This document shows, piece after piece, positions 1 to 14,049 of a DNA stretch of 64,000 bases. How positions within the stretch are numbered: the stretch's first letter is position 1; the number at the start of each line of letters is the position of its first letter. The notes beneath the pieces are model-generated. The model ran no database searches. It saw only the letters and a program-made list of their open reading frames with translations, and was not told the origin of the DNA. The DNA comes from Eledone cirrhosa. Its lineage: Eukaryota. The position numbers were made by a program, and so were the translations under genes. Location: assembly GCA_964016885.1 (NCBI GenBank), contig OZ024748.1:3348001-3412000 (forward strand), in the 5' to 3' direction.

Positions 1-27
1 AAATGATGATGATGATGATGATGATAT

Positions 28-58
<31 letters not shown>

Positions 59-127
59 CACACACACACATATATATATATACACACACACACATATATA
101 TATATACACACACACACCCACACACAG

Positions 128-177
<50 letters not shown>

Positions 178-295
178 ACACATATATATATATATATACA
201 TACATCCATCTTAATCAAGATTCCCTACTTTAGTGGCACTGATCCAGATCAAGGCTGATGGAAGCTCAAAGACTTCAAACAGACACAAATTAGAA

Positions 296-845
296 GTGTG
301 TATGCATGTGTGTTTCTGTGTATGCATGCATGTGTGTATCTGTGCATGTGTGTTTCTGTGTATGCATGTGTGTTTCTGTGTATGCATGTGTGTTTCTGTG
401 TATGCATGTGTGTTTCTGTGCATGTGTGTTTCTGTGTATGCATGCATGTGTATCTGTGCATGTGTGTTTCTGTGTATGCATGCATGTGTATCTGTGCATG
501 TGTGTTTCTGTGTATGCATGTATGTGTGTATCTGTGCATGTGTGTTTCTGTGTATGCATGCACGTGTGTATCTGTGCATGTGTGTTTCTATGTATGCATG
601 CATGTGTATCTGTGCATGTGTGTTTCTGTGTATGCATGCATGTGTGTATCTGTGCATGTGTGTTTCTGTGTATGCATGTATGTGACCGTGTGAGTGTGTT
701 TATGAGTGTGGTGTTTCTGTGTATGCATGTATGTGACCGTGTGAGTGTGTTTATGAGTGTGCATGTGACCGTGTGAGTGTGTTTATGAGTGTGCATGTGA
801 CCGTGTGAGTGTGTTTGAGTGTGCATGTGACCGTGTGAGTGTGTG
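296..845. repeat. Minisatellite/complex microsatellite (TGTGTATGCATGTGTGTTTC-type, then GTGACCGTGTGAGTGT-type)
   Basis: Tandem units visible directly; explains the C/V/H/T-rich ORFs. Confidence 0.95.
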
Positions 846-1102
846 TTTATCAGTATGTTTCTGCATATATGTCTGCGTGAAGTGTTTTTTAAGTGTAACT
901 AGGAATGTCATAGACAATCATCTCTCCAATCACTAACAGACCACTGTATCTGTGGGAGTGTATAGAATGTAACACACACACATATCTACACACACGCATA
1001 TATATATATATATATATTCAGCCGTAATAAAATGACTAATAAAACTCTACTTTAGTATTGAGTACTCCTTTCCCTCAGCCGTCAACCACATACACGTATC
1101 AT

Positions 1103-1441
1103 TTCATCATCATCATCATTTTACGTCCACTTTTCCCTGCTTGCAAGGGTGGGACGGGAACTGATGCTGGCTTGATTTCTACAGCTGGATGCCCTTCCTA
1201 ACACCAACCTCATTTACAGTGAGTGCTGGGTGCTTTTTTGCCGTGGCACCTCCACAACCACTTTGCAGTGGAATGATATGGACCCCAGTCCCTATCATTT
1301 CATTTCTACAGCTGAGTAAACTGGAGCAATGTGAAATAAAGTGTCTTGCTCAAGGAAACAACACATCACCCGGTCTGAGAATTGAACTCACAACCTTTTG
1401 ATTGCAAGGCCAATGCTCTAACCACTAAGCCATGTGCCTCC
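1103..1441 (-). mobile_element. tRNA-derived CORE-like SINE with RTE-type 3' tail, full length
   Basis: Minus strand has box A TGGCTTAGTGG, box B GTTCAATTC, CORE-like CCTTGAGCAAGACACTT...CTCAGCTGTAGAAATG, and tail GGACGTAAAATGATGATG; near-identical copies at 20472 and 28959. Confidence 0.9.
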
Positions 1442-1460
1442 ATATATGTGTGTGTGAGTG

Positions 1461-1498
<38 letters not shown>

Positions 1499-1532
1499 CG
1501 TGTATATAAATATGTGTGTATGTGTATATATA

Positions 1533-1565
<33 letters not shown>

Positions 1566-1584
1566 ATATATATATGTGTGTGTG

Positions 1585-1619
<35 letters not shown>

Positions 1620-1787
1620 ATGTGTGTGTGTATGTGTGTGTTTATATATATATATTTATATATATTTGTTTTGCGAGGTTTTTGATATGAAACAAACGCA
1701 TGCACAGAGAAGACAAAAATAAATAAATAAATAAACAGATAAAATAAAGATGGCGTAAATATACAATACAACAGGAGAAACATAATA

Positions 1788-1832
1788 GCACCACTGACGA
1801 TGTTGCAGATGTGCAACGAAAGAACTTTGTTA
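1788..1832 (+). ncRNA. Hammerhead-like motif (weak stem I)
   Basis: CTGACGA-T-GTTGCA-GATG-TGCAAC-GAAA; stem I only about 2 bp. Confidence 0.4.
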
Positions 1833-2019
1833 GACTATATATATGTGTTTGTGTCTATATTATATCTGTATTTTTGATCGTTGGTCAGTCAATGGTAAAC
1901 ATTGAGGACCGAATAAATTAACTGATATAAAAGACACAGAAGGGAAAACCAACCAAACAGTGAGTGTGTTCTGTTATTTCTAGCAATATTATTACAACAA
2001 TATGACCCTCCCCAAGTAT

Positions 2020-2091
<72 letters not shown>

Positions 2092-2095
2092 GTAT

Positions 2096-2190
2096 GTAAA
2101 AGGTAAACAGAAATAACAACACAATCGGTACAGTATATGGAAGGGATATATTAGGTTAACACTTGATATAGCAGGAAGAGGGTCTTAACA
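2096..2190 (-). mobile_element. Penelope-like terminal fragment (same family as 17200-17320 and 50782-50905)
   Basis: Near-identical to 50782-50876; truncated just before the hammerhead; bounded by (TA)n. Confidence 0.6.
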
Positions 2191-3008
2191 TATATATATA
2201 TGATGATGGTGGTGGTAATATGGCAGTGCTGGTACCACAATGAAATACACCCAGTACACTCTGTAAAGTGCTAACCTAGTGTTATAATAAAATACATCCA
2301 GTACACTCTGAAGTGGCAGTGCTGGTGACATGACAAAATGCACCCAGTCCATAACAGGCAAAAACAAATGTTAAATGATGATGATGATGATGATGATGGC
2401 TGGACACACACACACATATATTATTGGTTTCTTTATATATACATATACACTAATGACACAACTATGTCTCACTGCATATGTACATATATACACACACTAA
2501 ACCCATGCTAGCGTGGAAGATAGACGTTAAATGATGACACCTAAATATACATAGATGAGAACACTCCCACATACACATATATAAGAACACCATACACATA
2601 CACACACAGAGAGGGGAAGACCTAGGCATTTGTAGTTGATTGTAAACCCTAAACATGAACACCCCCACCACCACCACTACCACCACCCACACTTACACGC
2701 CCCACACACATCTCTACATACACCCCCCACACAGCTTCACACCCACCCCCACACATTGGGGAGGGGAGTGCATTAGCACCATTGATACATTAAGTATTTG
2801 TAGTTGATAGTAAACCCCAAACATGGCAGCACCACCATCACCACACATCTCTACCCCCACACACACACCTCTACACCCCCCACAGGTGGGGTGTGACCTA
2901 ACCACCATTGATATATTAAGTATTTACAGCTGATAGTAAGCCTTAAACAGTCAACATAACCTGGAGGAGATGAAGAAGAGATCGTGACTACAAAAGACAA
3001 ACTTGCCT

Positions 3009-3057
<49 letters not shown>

Positions 3058-3376
3058 AATGTATATATATAAATATATATATATATTTAAATGTATATAT
3101 ATATATATATATTTAAATGTATATATATAAATATATATATATATTTAAATGTATATATATATATATATATATATTTAAATGTATATATATAAATATATAT
3201 ATATATTTAAATGTATATATATATATATAAGTATGTATACTTATATTTAAGTAACAGCCGTACTAAGAGTGGGAAATGAAATATCGTTTCATTTTTTCCG
3301 TTTATATATATATATATATATATATTAGAAAGTGAGGTTTATATATATATATTTATATATATATATATATATTTAA

Positions 3377-3465
<89 letters not shown>

Positions 3466-3602
3466 AAAGTTAAACAAGGTTCAATGAATAAATCAAAGAA
3501 TGAGTTTTACAATAGATTGGAAGCACTCAACAGAAATGGTTTTCCAGAGTTATTAATATTAATTCAAAATATTAACAACATAGATATTCGTGTGATTAAG
3601 TA

Positions 3603-3669
3603 TATTTTATTAGACATATTTCAGAGGTACTGAGTTAAGTTCAACAGTACGGCCTCATCAGATAAAATA
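3603..3669 (-). ncRNA. Type I hammerhead ribozyme (stem III mismatch)
   Basis: TATTTTAT-CTGATGA-GGCCGTACTG..CAGTACCTCT-GAAA-TATGTC-TA-ATAAAATA. Confidence 0.75.
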
Positions 3670-3954
3670 AGATGATGCATGACATATCCTGACATAGGAG
3701 ATGGTTAAGATGCAGTGAGGGTAGACTACCAGGACTGGATCTTAACCATCTACCAGTGTCACAATACTTTCACACTAATAAACCTACTCAATCATCATTG
3801 TGCCCCATCTCCCCCCTCCTACTACTCCTCAGGTCCACCTCTCCCCTACTCCTCACCACTAACAACAACAACAACAACAATATCAACAAGATTAATATAA
3901 TGTCCTCTGTTTTCTGTATTCCTTTATGCTGTCATACATAAGTGGCCTTTAACA

Positions 3955-4370
3955 CCTCCACCACCACCTTTATCACCACACCTATTATCATAACCACCAC
4001 CACCACCGCCACCACCACTGCCACCACCACCAATGCCACCACCGCCACCATCACACCACCACCGCCATCACCACCACCACCACCACCAATGCCACTGCTA
4101 CCACCACCAATGCCACCACCGCCACCATGCCACCACCGCCACCACCACCACTGCCACCAATGCCACCACCACCACCACCGCCACCATCACACCACCACCG
4201 CCGCCACCGCCACCAATGCCACTGCTACCACCACCACCACCACACCACTGCCACCACCGCCACCACCACACCACTGCCACCACCGCCACCACCACCACCA
4301 CCGCCACTGCCACCACCACCACCAATGCCACCACCACCGCCACCATCACACCACCACCGCCGCCACCAGA
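3955..4370. repeat. (CCA)n-derived trinucleotide repeat
   Basis: Degenerate CAC/CCA tract giving poly-P/T/H ORFs. Confidence 0.95.
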
Positions 4371-4522
4371 ATGTAAGAATGGCAAGGCCACTGGTCATTG
4401 TTAGCGGTCAATAAAATAAAGTACCAGTAATACACTGGGGAGACTTAATTGACGTTCCCCTCCCGCAAAAATGGTTGGCCTTGTGCCTAAATTAAAAACC
4501 ATAATTATTATTATTATTATTA

Positions 4523-4745
4523 GGGGCGGTGGATTGGCAGTATCAGTAGAGGGTCGGACGCCATGCTTTGCAGCATAGAGTTACGGCCCTTTACAGTCTG
4601 AGTTCAAATCCTGCTGAGGTTAGCTTTGCCTTCATCCTTACAAAGTGAATAAAATAAAGTACCAGTCATGTACTAGGGTTGAATTAATCGACTTTCCCCT
4701 CCCCCAAAATTGCTGGCCTTGTGCTTAAAGTAGAAACAATTATTA
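4523..4745 (+). mobile_element. tRNA-derived Meta-like SINE
   Basis: Box A TGGCAGTATCAG, box B GTTCAAATCC, central GCCTTCATCCTT...AAAATAAAGTACCAG, (ATT)n tail; more than 15 copies or fragments in window. Confidence 0.85.
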
Positions 4746-5192
4746 TCATTGTTGTTGTTGTCATGGTTTTCCCAGGTGTCAGGGGCAGATAACCTTACCC
4801 TGCCCCAAACCTTCAGACCCTGGTGAAATCCAGAGGGTTGATGTTCCCTTTGTACATGTCTTAAGTTTACTTGGGTAGGAGATAGACAATGTGGGTGGTG
4901 GTGGCGGTTGTGGTGATGGTGGTGGTGGTGATGGTGGTGGTGGTGATGGTTAGGGTAGTGGTGTTGGTGAATGTAGTGGTGGTGGTGGTGGTGGTGATGA
5001 AGAAGGAAAGATGATTTTATTTTCACTAGTAAAACTAGTTTAAAAACAGAAAAAAAGAATGAAAACTTATAATAGGTTGGAATTTCTCTCTATCTTCCCC
5101 CCTCTCTCTCTATACACACACACACACATATATACGTGTGTGTGTGTGTGTGTGTGTATAAATATATATATATAATATATATTAGGGTAAAC

Positions 5193-5318
<126 letters not shown>

Positions 5319-5609
5319 AAATGTATATCTGGTATTGATATTGAAAATACATTTTCAATGAGATAGGGCGATTGATTAAGGGAAGAGGAAGCAGAAAAAA
5401 ATAAGTCAGTTTACAAAAGACATTGTTAAAAATAGATACAGATCTTATTACTACTACCAGCAGCCATTGAAACACACAACAAGAAGGCGGCCATTTTACT
5501 TCTTTTTTTTCCACCAAAATTCAATCATGGCTGGGAGAAAGATAATAGAAGAAATTAAACCTATGATAAAAGATGTTCTAGTCTTGAGCATACTAGCTTT
5601 TTTTGTGTG

Positions 5610-6295
5610 AATATATTGTATATAAGGCTAAAGAAAAGACAGTATATATATGACTATAGAAAAGACATACACACTGTATATAAGGCTAAAGAAAAGACAG
5701 TATATATATGGCTACAGAAAAGACATACACACTGTATATAAGGCTACAGAAAAGACACAGTATATATATATGGCGACAGAAAAGACACTGTATATAAGGC
5801 TAAAGAAAAGACAGTATATAAATGTCTATAGAAAAGACACACATACACTGTGAATATAGACCACATTTAAGACAGTGTATATAAAACCACATTTAGTACA
5901 GTGTATATAGGACCACATTTAAGACAGTGTATATAGGACCACATTTAAGACAGTGTATATAGGACCACATTTAAGACAGTGTATATAGGACCACATTTAA
6001 GACAGTGTATATAGAACCACATTTAAGACAGTGTATATAGAACCACATTTAATACAGTATTTATAGAACCACACCACATTTAAGACACAGTGTATATAGG
6101 ACCACATTTAAGACACAGTGTATATAGAACCACATTTAAGACAGTGTATACAGACCACGTTTAAGGCACAGTGTATATAGGACCACATTTAATACAGTGT
6201 ATGTAGGACCACATTAAATACAGTGTATATAGACCACATTTAAGACACAGTGTATATAGGAACACATTTAAGACAGTGTTTATAGAACCACATTC
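5610..6295. repeat. Two adjacent minisatellites (about 56-60 bp and 25-27 bp units)
   Basis: TATATAAGGCTAAAGAAAAGACAG repeats, then GACAGTGTATATAGGACCACATTTAA repeats. Confidence 0.9.
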
Positions 6296-6600
6296 TTCCA
6301 GCATGTTCTTTTTATAATCTGTCAAAATTTACACTAGATTTATAATACAAAATTACTCATTTTAAAAATGTTTATCTTTATATTAAAACCTTCCATCATA
6401 ATTTTTATTTTAGCAATATTCGATATGTTCTAAATAGCTTCCTAATGAAAAATTCATTTTATTAAATTCCTCCAAATGTTTGGTTATTTTCGAAGTTAAT
6501 TGAAACAAAGAAGCTGTGTGTTTCATTAGAATTACAGCAATGAAGACATAGTCATAACTAGAAGATCTTTTATCAATCTTTTACTGGTTTCAGTCATTAA

Positions 6601-6803
6601 CCCTTTAGAAATTACATTACTATTATATTTCTGCGGTAAAGGCTGTACCTCACATAATATCAAATCTTCAAAATTTTGATGTTAATTATATTCATTTTGA
6701 GAACAATACCTTAACATAAGCATGAGCAGCCAGTTATGGCTGATTCAAACAGAAAGAGGTGAGAGAATTCTGGCCAGATATGGCCGGTTTAAATGCTAAA
6801 GGG
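6601..6803. mobile_element. piggyBac-like MITE, short array-free form
   Basis: TTAA|CCCTTTAG ... CTAAAGGG|TTAA; interrupts a SINE tail. Confidence 0.85.
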
Positions 6804-7737
6804 TTAAACTACGGACATGTTGGGGCAACACATTCAAGGAGTTTTACTGACCAAATTGACCCCAATACTTATACATCCCCTATCAACACGGAGGTGGAGA
6901 CAGGACAGTAGAACACCCCACCCCACATACACACAGACAGACCATACTCTGGTGATAGGATATTGAACAAGGGGGTCTAGGGATCTAGTTAGATCAATTG
7001 GAGGTGGTTGCTTCTGACAGGACCCACTGGAAGGAGTGTTTGAGGATTGATGATGGTGGTGGTTGTGGTGACATAATGTTGGTGATATGATGATGGTGGT
7101 GGTTGTGGTTGTGACATGGTGGTGGTGATATGATGATGATGGTGGTTGTGGTTGTGACATGGTGGTGGTGATATGATGATGATGGTGATGATGATAATAT
7201 AGTGGTGTTGATGTTAATATGATGATGGTGAAGTGATAAGATAATGATGATAATGGTGATGAGATAATAATCTTGTTACTGATAATGGTGATGATACATT
7301 AATCATGGTGGTGGTGGCAGTGGTGGTGGTGGTGATGGTGATGATGAATGGACTGCTAATTTTTTTTTATCATTTTTCATTTTCTATTTTATTTTATTTT
7401 CTATATTTTTATGGCTGTTAGTAACTTATTTGTTGTTTTATGTTTGGTAAAAACCAGAATGTTTGTATATGAAATATTTTCTTTATTCAGCAAACATTTC
7501 TCTTCCCTCTTCAGGTAAAGTAAACAACAGCTCTAGTTTGTTGAACAAAGTATTCCCACTCTGTTTATATAACTTGTCTTTATCAATTGTGAAATGTTGG
7601 CAGGAAATGTTCAACTTATAGTTTAGGAGCACAAATGGCGACTTTTATCATTTCAACAAAACTAAATATACAAGGAAAACTTTAATGTGTCTTTATTTTT
7701 TGGACTGGACACCTGAAACTAAACCCTGTATTTTTAA

Positions 7738-7802
<65 letters not shown>

Positions 7803-7804
<2 letters not shown>

Positions 7805-7889
7805 GTATTTCCCGGCGCCAAAGACACAGGGTACATTTTTTAGACTTATTTTAGGAAAAAGGTAGCATCTTCGATGCCGGGAAATATGG
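7803..7889. mobile_element. pogo/Tigger-like MITE
   Basis: TIRs CCGTATTTCCCGGC / GCCGGGAAATATGG. Confidence 0.7.
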
Positions 7890-7975
7890 GAATATATATA
7901 TATACATGCACACACACATATATACACACACATATACACACACACACTTATATATATACACACACACACACACTA

Positions 7976-8061
<86 letters not shown>

Positions 8062-8082
8062 GCACATACACATACACACACA

Positions 8083-8134
<52 letters not shown>

Positions 8135-8210
8135 TATATATACACACACACACACACATACACACACACTAATATACATACATGTATACACACACACATA
8201 TATACACACA

Positions 8211-8274
<64 letters not shown>

Positions 8275-8418
8275 CACACATATATATACACATACACACA
8301 TATATATACACACAGACACACACACATATATATATATACACAAACACACACAGATACATCCATACATTAATAATACAATATGAAGGTTAAATTTCATAAC
8401 TTCTTTTATTACATGATT

Positions 8419-8500
8419 AGCCATAATACATATTTCAGTGGTGAAATGGTTACGTCATGATCCCATGACTCAATGCATGACACAACATCTTCAGATGACT
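8419..8500 (-). ncRNA. Type I hammerhead ribozyme
   Basis: AGTCAT-CTGAAGA-long stem II (TCATG/CATGA)-GAAA-TATGTA-TT-ATGGCT; 6-bp stem I, AUU site. Confidence 0.8.
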
Positions 8501-8590
8501 TATTAGGTAATTCATTTGTAAGACACTGTAATGTATGGAGACAAACCTGTGTTTGATGTTATTCCAAAAGCCTCTCTATCTATCTATCAT

Positions 8591-9112
8591 GACTGCCGAG
8601 TCCATAGTAAGGATCAAACCGCCTCCGTCATTTAAAAACGAAAGAGAGGCAGTTTTCCTCTGATTAGTGGCTATGGCGAAAGAGGTTATTTGGTGGACAA
8701 GGTTGAGAGGACTGAGGACAGATGCCTTTCTCTCTGGACAACTCATTCCCGTTAGGTACCACTTTAGAAGGAGAATCAGAGTGGAGAGAGAGGTACTGCA
8801 CCCCAGTAAATTTACTGAAAGGTGGGTGAATGTGGCAAAAATGGCCCAAGTGATTGGGCCTTCTCTGTATATAAACCTGTAGGTTGAAGAAGAGAGCAAA
8901 AGGAAGAAAGGAGCACTTGCACAACATGCAGTTGAGGGTTGTTCTATCCATGGGGTGTTAAACAACCCATTTGTAACGCCTCTCCCCTATTGGGGATTTC
9001 GATTGTTGAACTTGTATGTTAAAATTTTTTACACAATTGTATGTAAAATCCCTGCCATATGTCTTTGCATTGTCCCCTTTTCTTGTGCACCCTTATGGCA
9101 AATAAAGAAATA
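8591..9112 (+). mobile_element. 5'-truncated L1/Tx1-clade LINE 3' end
   Basis: Encodes AKEVIWWTRLRG...RVEREVLHPSKFTERWVNV, homologous to 62903-63600; ends AATAAAGAAA; flanked by (ATCT)n. Confidence 0.85.
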
Positions 9113-9711
9113 TATCTATATCTCTCTATCCCTCTCTCTCCCTCTCTCTCTCTATATATATATATATATATGGTGGTGGTGGTGGTAGTAGTTTTAATAA
9201 GTAGTAATAGTAAAATAGTTAGTAGTAGTAGTAACAGTGAGTAACATTTATAAGTCAATAAATAATATATAACAACCTAGATTTCACTCTAACACCCCAC
9301 CCTCTCTTACAAAGAGCAAAAAAAACTGTACCTCCCCACTATGCATCCCCGCCCCCTTCACTATGCTTTTTGTGAAAAAAAACACACACACACGAAAAAA
9401 AAAAAAAACTGCACAGCCCTACTATGCATTGTGTCCACCCACCCCCACTCCAGCAAAAAAGAAAACCCTGCACCCACCTCCTCCACTTCCAGCCCACCAT
9501 TCCACCCAACCCACCTCCTCCACTCCACTATGCTTTTCATCCACCCCACCTCCCCTAAAAATAAAACCCAAAAACCTCACAGAAGAATCCTTCCACATGA
9601 AAACGAGGATTTTGTTCAAATACCAACAAAGATAACGACAGTAACATAGATTTTATTTTATTTTATTTATATCTAACACATTTCCAGTTACCATGGCAAT
9701 AGTTAAAAAAA

Positions 9712-9843
9712 AACAACAGAAACAACAACAGCAGCAACAACAACAACAACAACAACAGCAGCAACAGCAACAGCAACAGCAACAACAACAACAACAACAA
9801 CAGCAGCAGCAACAACAACAACAGCAACAACAACACAGCAACA
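9712..9843. repeat. (CAA/CAG)n microsatellite
   Basis: Pure CAA/CAG tract. Confidence 0.95.
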
Positions 9844-10099
9844 AATATTGGAACCTATCTAGAATAATGGAACTGTCTCTTAATGGATTATACCTGAGAG
9901 GGAAATATTTTCGTTTGTGTGTGTGTTTGTGTATATACATGTGTGTGTTTGTGTGTGTGTCCTCGCACTCATCTACCACCACCACACACACACACACCAC
10001 CTGCTCCCTTCTCTATCGCAATGAAGACAATGACATTTACCTTACTATCTATCTATCTATCTATCTACCTATCTATCAACCTATCTATCTACTATCTGT

Positions 10100-10432
10100 C
10101 TGAGAGGTACCCCACCCCAGTAAATTTACTGAAAGGTGGGTGAATGAAGTGAAAATGGCCCGAGTGATTGGGCCTTCTCTGTTTATAAGCCTGTAGGTTG
10201 AAGAAAAGAGCAAAAGGAAGAAAGGTGCACTTGCACAACATGCTCCTGGAGTTGAGGGTTGTTCTATCTACGAGGTATTAAACAACCCATTTGTGGCCCC
10301 TCCCTCCTATTGGGGATTTCGATTGTTGTAATTGTTTGTTTTTATATTTTTTACACGACTCTATGTAAAATCCCCGGCATGTCTTTGTATTGTCCCCTTT
10401 TCTTGTGCGCCCTTGTGGCTAATAAAGAAATA
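10100..10432 (+). mobile_element. Tx1-clade LINE 3' fragment
   Basis: Homologous to 8790-9112; flanked by (ATCT)n. Confidence 0.85.
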
Positions 10433-10478
10433 TATCTATCTAATCTATCTGTTGTGTAACAAGCTTGAGACATTGGAA

Positions 10479-10542
<64 letters not shown>

Positions 10543-11056
10543 TGATGGAGGATGAGAGATAGGGTGATGGGGTGTGAGAGAAGATGAAGAGAGAGGGAGA
10601 GAAGGATTGAAAGAGAAAGAGAGGGGGTGGGGTTGTTGGTGATAGAGCCACAGCAAAAGGGTCAAGAGTACTTGTCAGTCATGTCAACAGAATGACAACC
10701 TGACAACCTCTCTAGTGTTGGTGATGTACATGATAAACACACCCAGTACACTCTGTAAAGTGGTTGGTGATAGGAAAAGATTGCAGCCATAGAAAGTTTA
10801 CCAAATGGGTGGAAGGATTCTTCAGTTGTGTCAACATCATCACAACCTGACAACCTCCTCCCTAGTATTTTATATATATATATATATATATACATAGGTG
10901 GATTGGCAGTTATCGGTAGAGGGTTGGACGCCATGCTTTGCAGCATAGAGTTACGGCCCTTTATGATCTGAGTTCAAATCCTGCAGAGGTTAGATACATA
11001 ATTATATAAATTTGGGGGGGAAACCAACTTGGTTGTTAGTAAGCTGGTGTTAGGAA

Positions 11057-11282
11057 TATAATTGTTTCTACTTTTAGGCACAAGGCCAGCAATTACCCCA
11101 GTGTATTACTGGTACTTTATTTTATTGACCTCGTGAGTATGAAAGGCAAAGTTAACTTCGGCAGGATTTGAACCCGCCGAGGTTAACTTTGCCTTTCATC
11201 CTTACTGGGTCGATAAAATAAAGTACCAGTAATACACTGGAGTAATTGCTGGCCTTGTGCCAAAAGTAGAAACAATTATATA
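11057..11282. mobile_element. Head-to-head inverted pair of Meta-like SINE 3' halves
   Basis: About 110-bp arms in opposite orientation joined at about 11170. Confidence 0.85.
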
Positions 11283-12018
11283 TATAGGTGTGTGTGTGTG
11301 GTGTGTCCTGTATCTGTATTAATGTTTGTGTCTGTCTGTATTACTCGTAACTTAGCAGTTTGACAAAAAGAGATCGATAAATATAAGAAAGAACTTGAAA
11401 AAAAAAAACAACAAACAAGCACCAGTGTTTGATATTCTTCCACTAAAATCCCTTTTACGTCAGTGAACCACGATGGCCACAGTCAAATGACTAACAACAA
11501 TAAAAGATTATAAGAGTCACATTTCTTTTTCAAAATTCATATAAAATTCAAATTAAAACAATTATTTATCAGAAACTTACAAAGAGTGAAAGAAAGAAAC
11601 AAGCAAATAAAGGGAGAAGAAAGAAGGAAAAGAAAGAAATGAAAAACTGAAATGCAAAAAATATAAATAAAAATGAGATGAAAAAAGTGAGGAATTTTCT
11701 TCTTTTAACCTCGAAAATAATTTATTCATAAAATTCTTCTTATCCTAGTTCCATGATAAACAATCAGATATAAAAATAGGAATCTTGTCAAAGTAGAATC
11801 AATAAATGCTACTGTGTGATGGAACTATGAATCAAATCATAAGAGGTTACCATTTTGGTGTGTATGTGTGTGTATATATGTGTGTGTGTGTTTATATGTA
11901 TGTGTGTGTGTTTGTATATATATACACATATAATCATCACCAATAGTTAGATTTATGGCAACAGAATTTTCTTCTGCATGTGATATTGCTTTTTACATAT
12001 CTCACACACACAGGAGCA

Positions 12019-12084
<66 letters not shown>

Positions 12085-13332
12085 ATCATCATATATAAAG
12101 AAACATACACACACATGGGGCCACAGATACGCACACACACAGGGGCACGTATACACACACACATTATATATATATATATTCATAGAGCTAATTATTTTTA
12201 CTTCTACTACATATGTCTCCACACAAACATGTATATGTATATAATCATTTTACATCCATTTTCTATACACACACACACACACATATATACACATACATAT
12301 ACACACATATTATTATATATATATATATATATATACACAGCCATATACACATACATACACACATTATTATACACACACATACACAGCCATATACACATAC
12401 ATATACACACATATTATTATATACACACATACATATACATACATGTATGGAGGGGAAAACTTTATAATTCTAAAATAAATCAGAATATACTATAATTGTT
12501 TCTACTTTTGGCACAAGGCCAGCAATCACCCCAGTGTATTACTGGTACTTTATAATATTAGGAGGTAGGGAGAAATGTGTGGGGGGGGGGGGGGGGGGGT
12601 TGAGTGTTGGTTTAAGGTTGAGATACTATGAGAATAGAGATGTGTGGGGGGGGGGGAGTGTATGTGTGTATATGGGTGAGAGTGTGTATGAGTGAGTGTA
12701 TATACGTGTGTGTATGTGTGGGGAGAGTGTGTGTATATGTGTGTGAGAGAGTGTGTGTGTGTGTGTATCTGTGTGTCTATATGACCCTGGTCCACCTAGA
12801 GGTCAGTGACTGCTGGAGTGATCTGTCACATTACATTCAACCTTTGCCAGCAGGACTGATGATGATGACGATGATGTGTGTGTGCATGTGTGTGTGTACG
12901 TGTGTACGTGTGTGTGTGTGTGTGTGTGAAAGTGCATGTATTAATGGTTAGATACATAATTATATATATTTGGGGGAAAAAACATCACTTGGTTGTTAGT
13001 AAGTTGGTGTTTGGAATATAAGAAAGGTTGTTATATAAAGTTAGAGTGGAAGGGCTTTCAGTTCTGTATGATAGAACCAGGGGCAATTTCAGGTGGTTTG
13101 GTATCAAAATGGTTAAATGACACCCACAAAATAATTTAACCAGCAAGGGCTTTTATAAGATTCCTCTCCCTTCTGATGTTTTTTAGTGAATGTATTGTTT
13201 CAGGTAGTTTAGTATTGTTTACTATGGAGGCATCTAAACATACCAGCAAATACTAATTTCCCTGTAAATTGAAAAATAATGATAAACACCTTAAATCGGT
13301 TTTCAGATCTAATTGGACCCTCGATATATATA

Positions 13333-13499
13333 CAGTGAAATTCCATTATAACGAAATTCATGAGGTATAAAAAGAAATTTGTTGTAACGAAAAATTCTTT
13401 ATAACGAGATCAACCGAAACAAATTGAGCGTCTGATATTACCTCGGAGATTGAAATGAAATTTGTTATAATGGTATTCATTATAACAGAATTTTACCTA
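13333..13499. mobile_element. Tigger/pogo-like MITE
   Basis: TA|CAGTGAAATTC start, repeated TTATAACGA subterminal motifs, decayed right end GAATTTTAC. Confidence 0.6.
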
Positions 13500-13521
13500 C
13501 ATATATATTCTGTTTACCTTT

Positions 13522-13552
<31 letters not shown>

Positions 13553-14049
13553 ATATATATTGAGTAAAATGGCAGGAGGCCGGACTGGTGACATTCCTTC
13601 AAAGATTTATATCAACAAACACTATATACATTTGAGTGGCCAGGTTTATATTGCATAATAGTTATATAATATATAAAGTATGGTAGGCAGGCAGAGAAAT
13701 AGGGAACTTTTGACAGAACTCAACTACTGGCTTTCCACATGTCTGTGGAGGGGTGATACTTAAATGGTTTTCTTTTATACCATGTATGTATGTATGTATG
13801 TATGTATGTATGTCTGTCTGCATGTCTGCATGTCTGTATGTATGTATGTCTGCATGTATGTATGTATGTATGTATGTCTGTCTGTCTGTCTGCATGTCTG
13901 TATGTATGTATGTCTGTCTGTCTGCATGTCTGCATGTCTGTATGTATGCATGTCTGCATGTATGTATGTATGTATGTATGTATGTATGTATGTATGTATG
14001 TATGTATGTATGTATGTATGTATGTATGTATGTATGCATGTATGCTACT

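Noticed and set aside
1370-1441. tRNA gene
   Set aside because: Only A/B boxes of a SINE head; no acceptor stem, and it continues into the CORE-like body.
8439-8507. Apparent plus-strand exon (ttcag...gtaatt)
   Set aside because: Stops in all frames; better explained as the antisense of the 8419-8500 hammerhead.
9693-10103. Poly-Q ORF (136 aa)
   Set aside because: CAA/CAG microsatellite running into CA and ATCT repeats; no splice or domain evidence.
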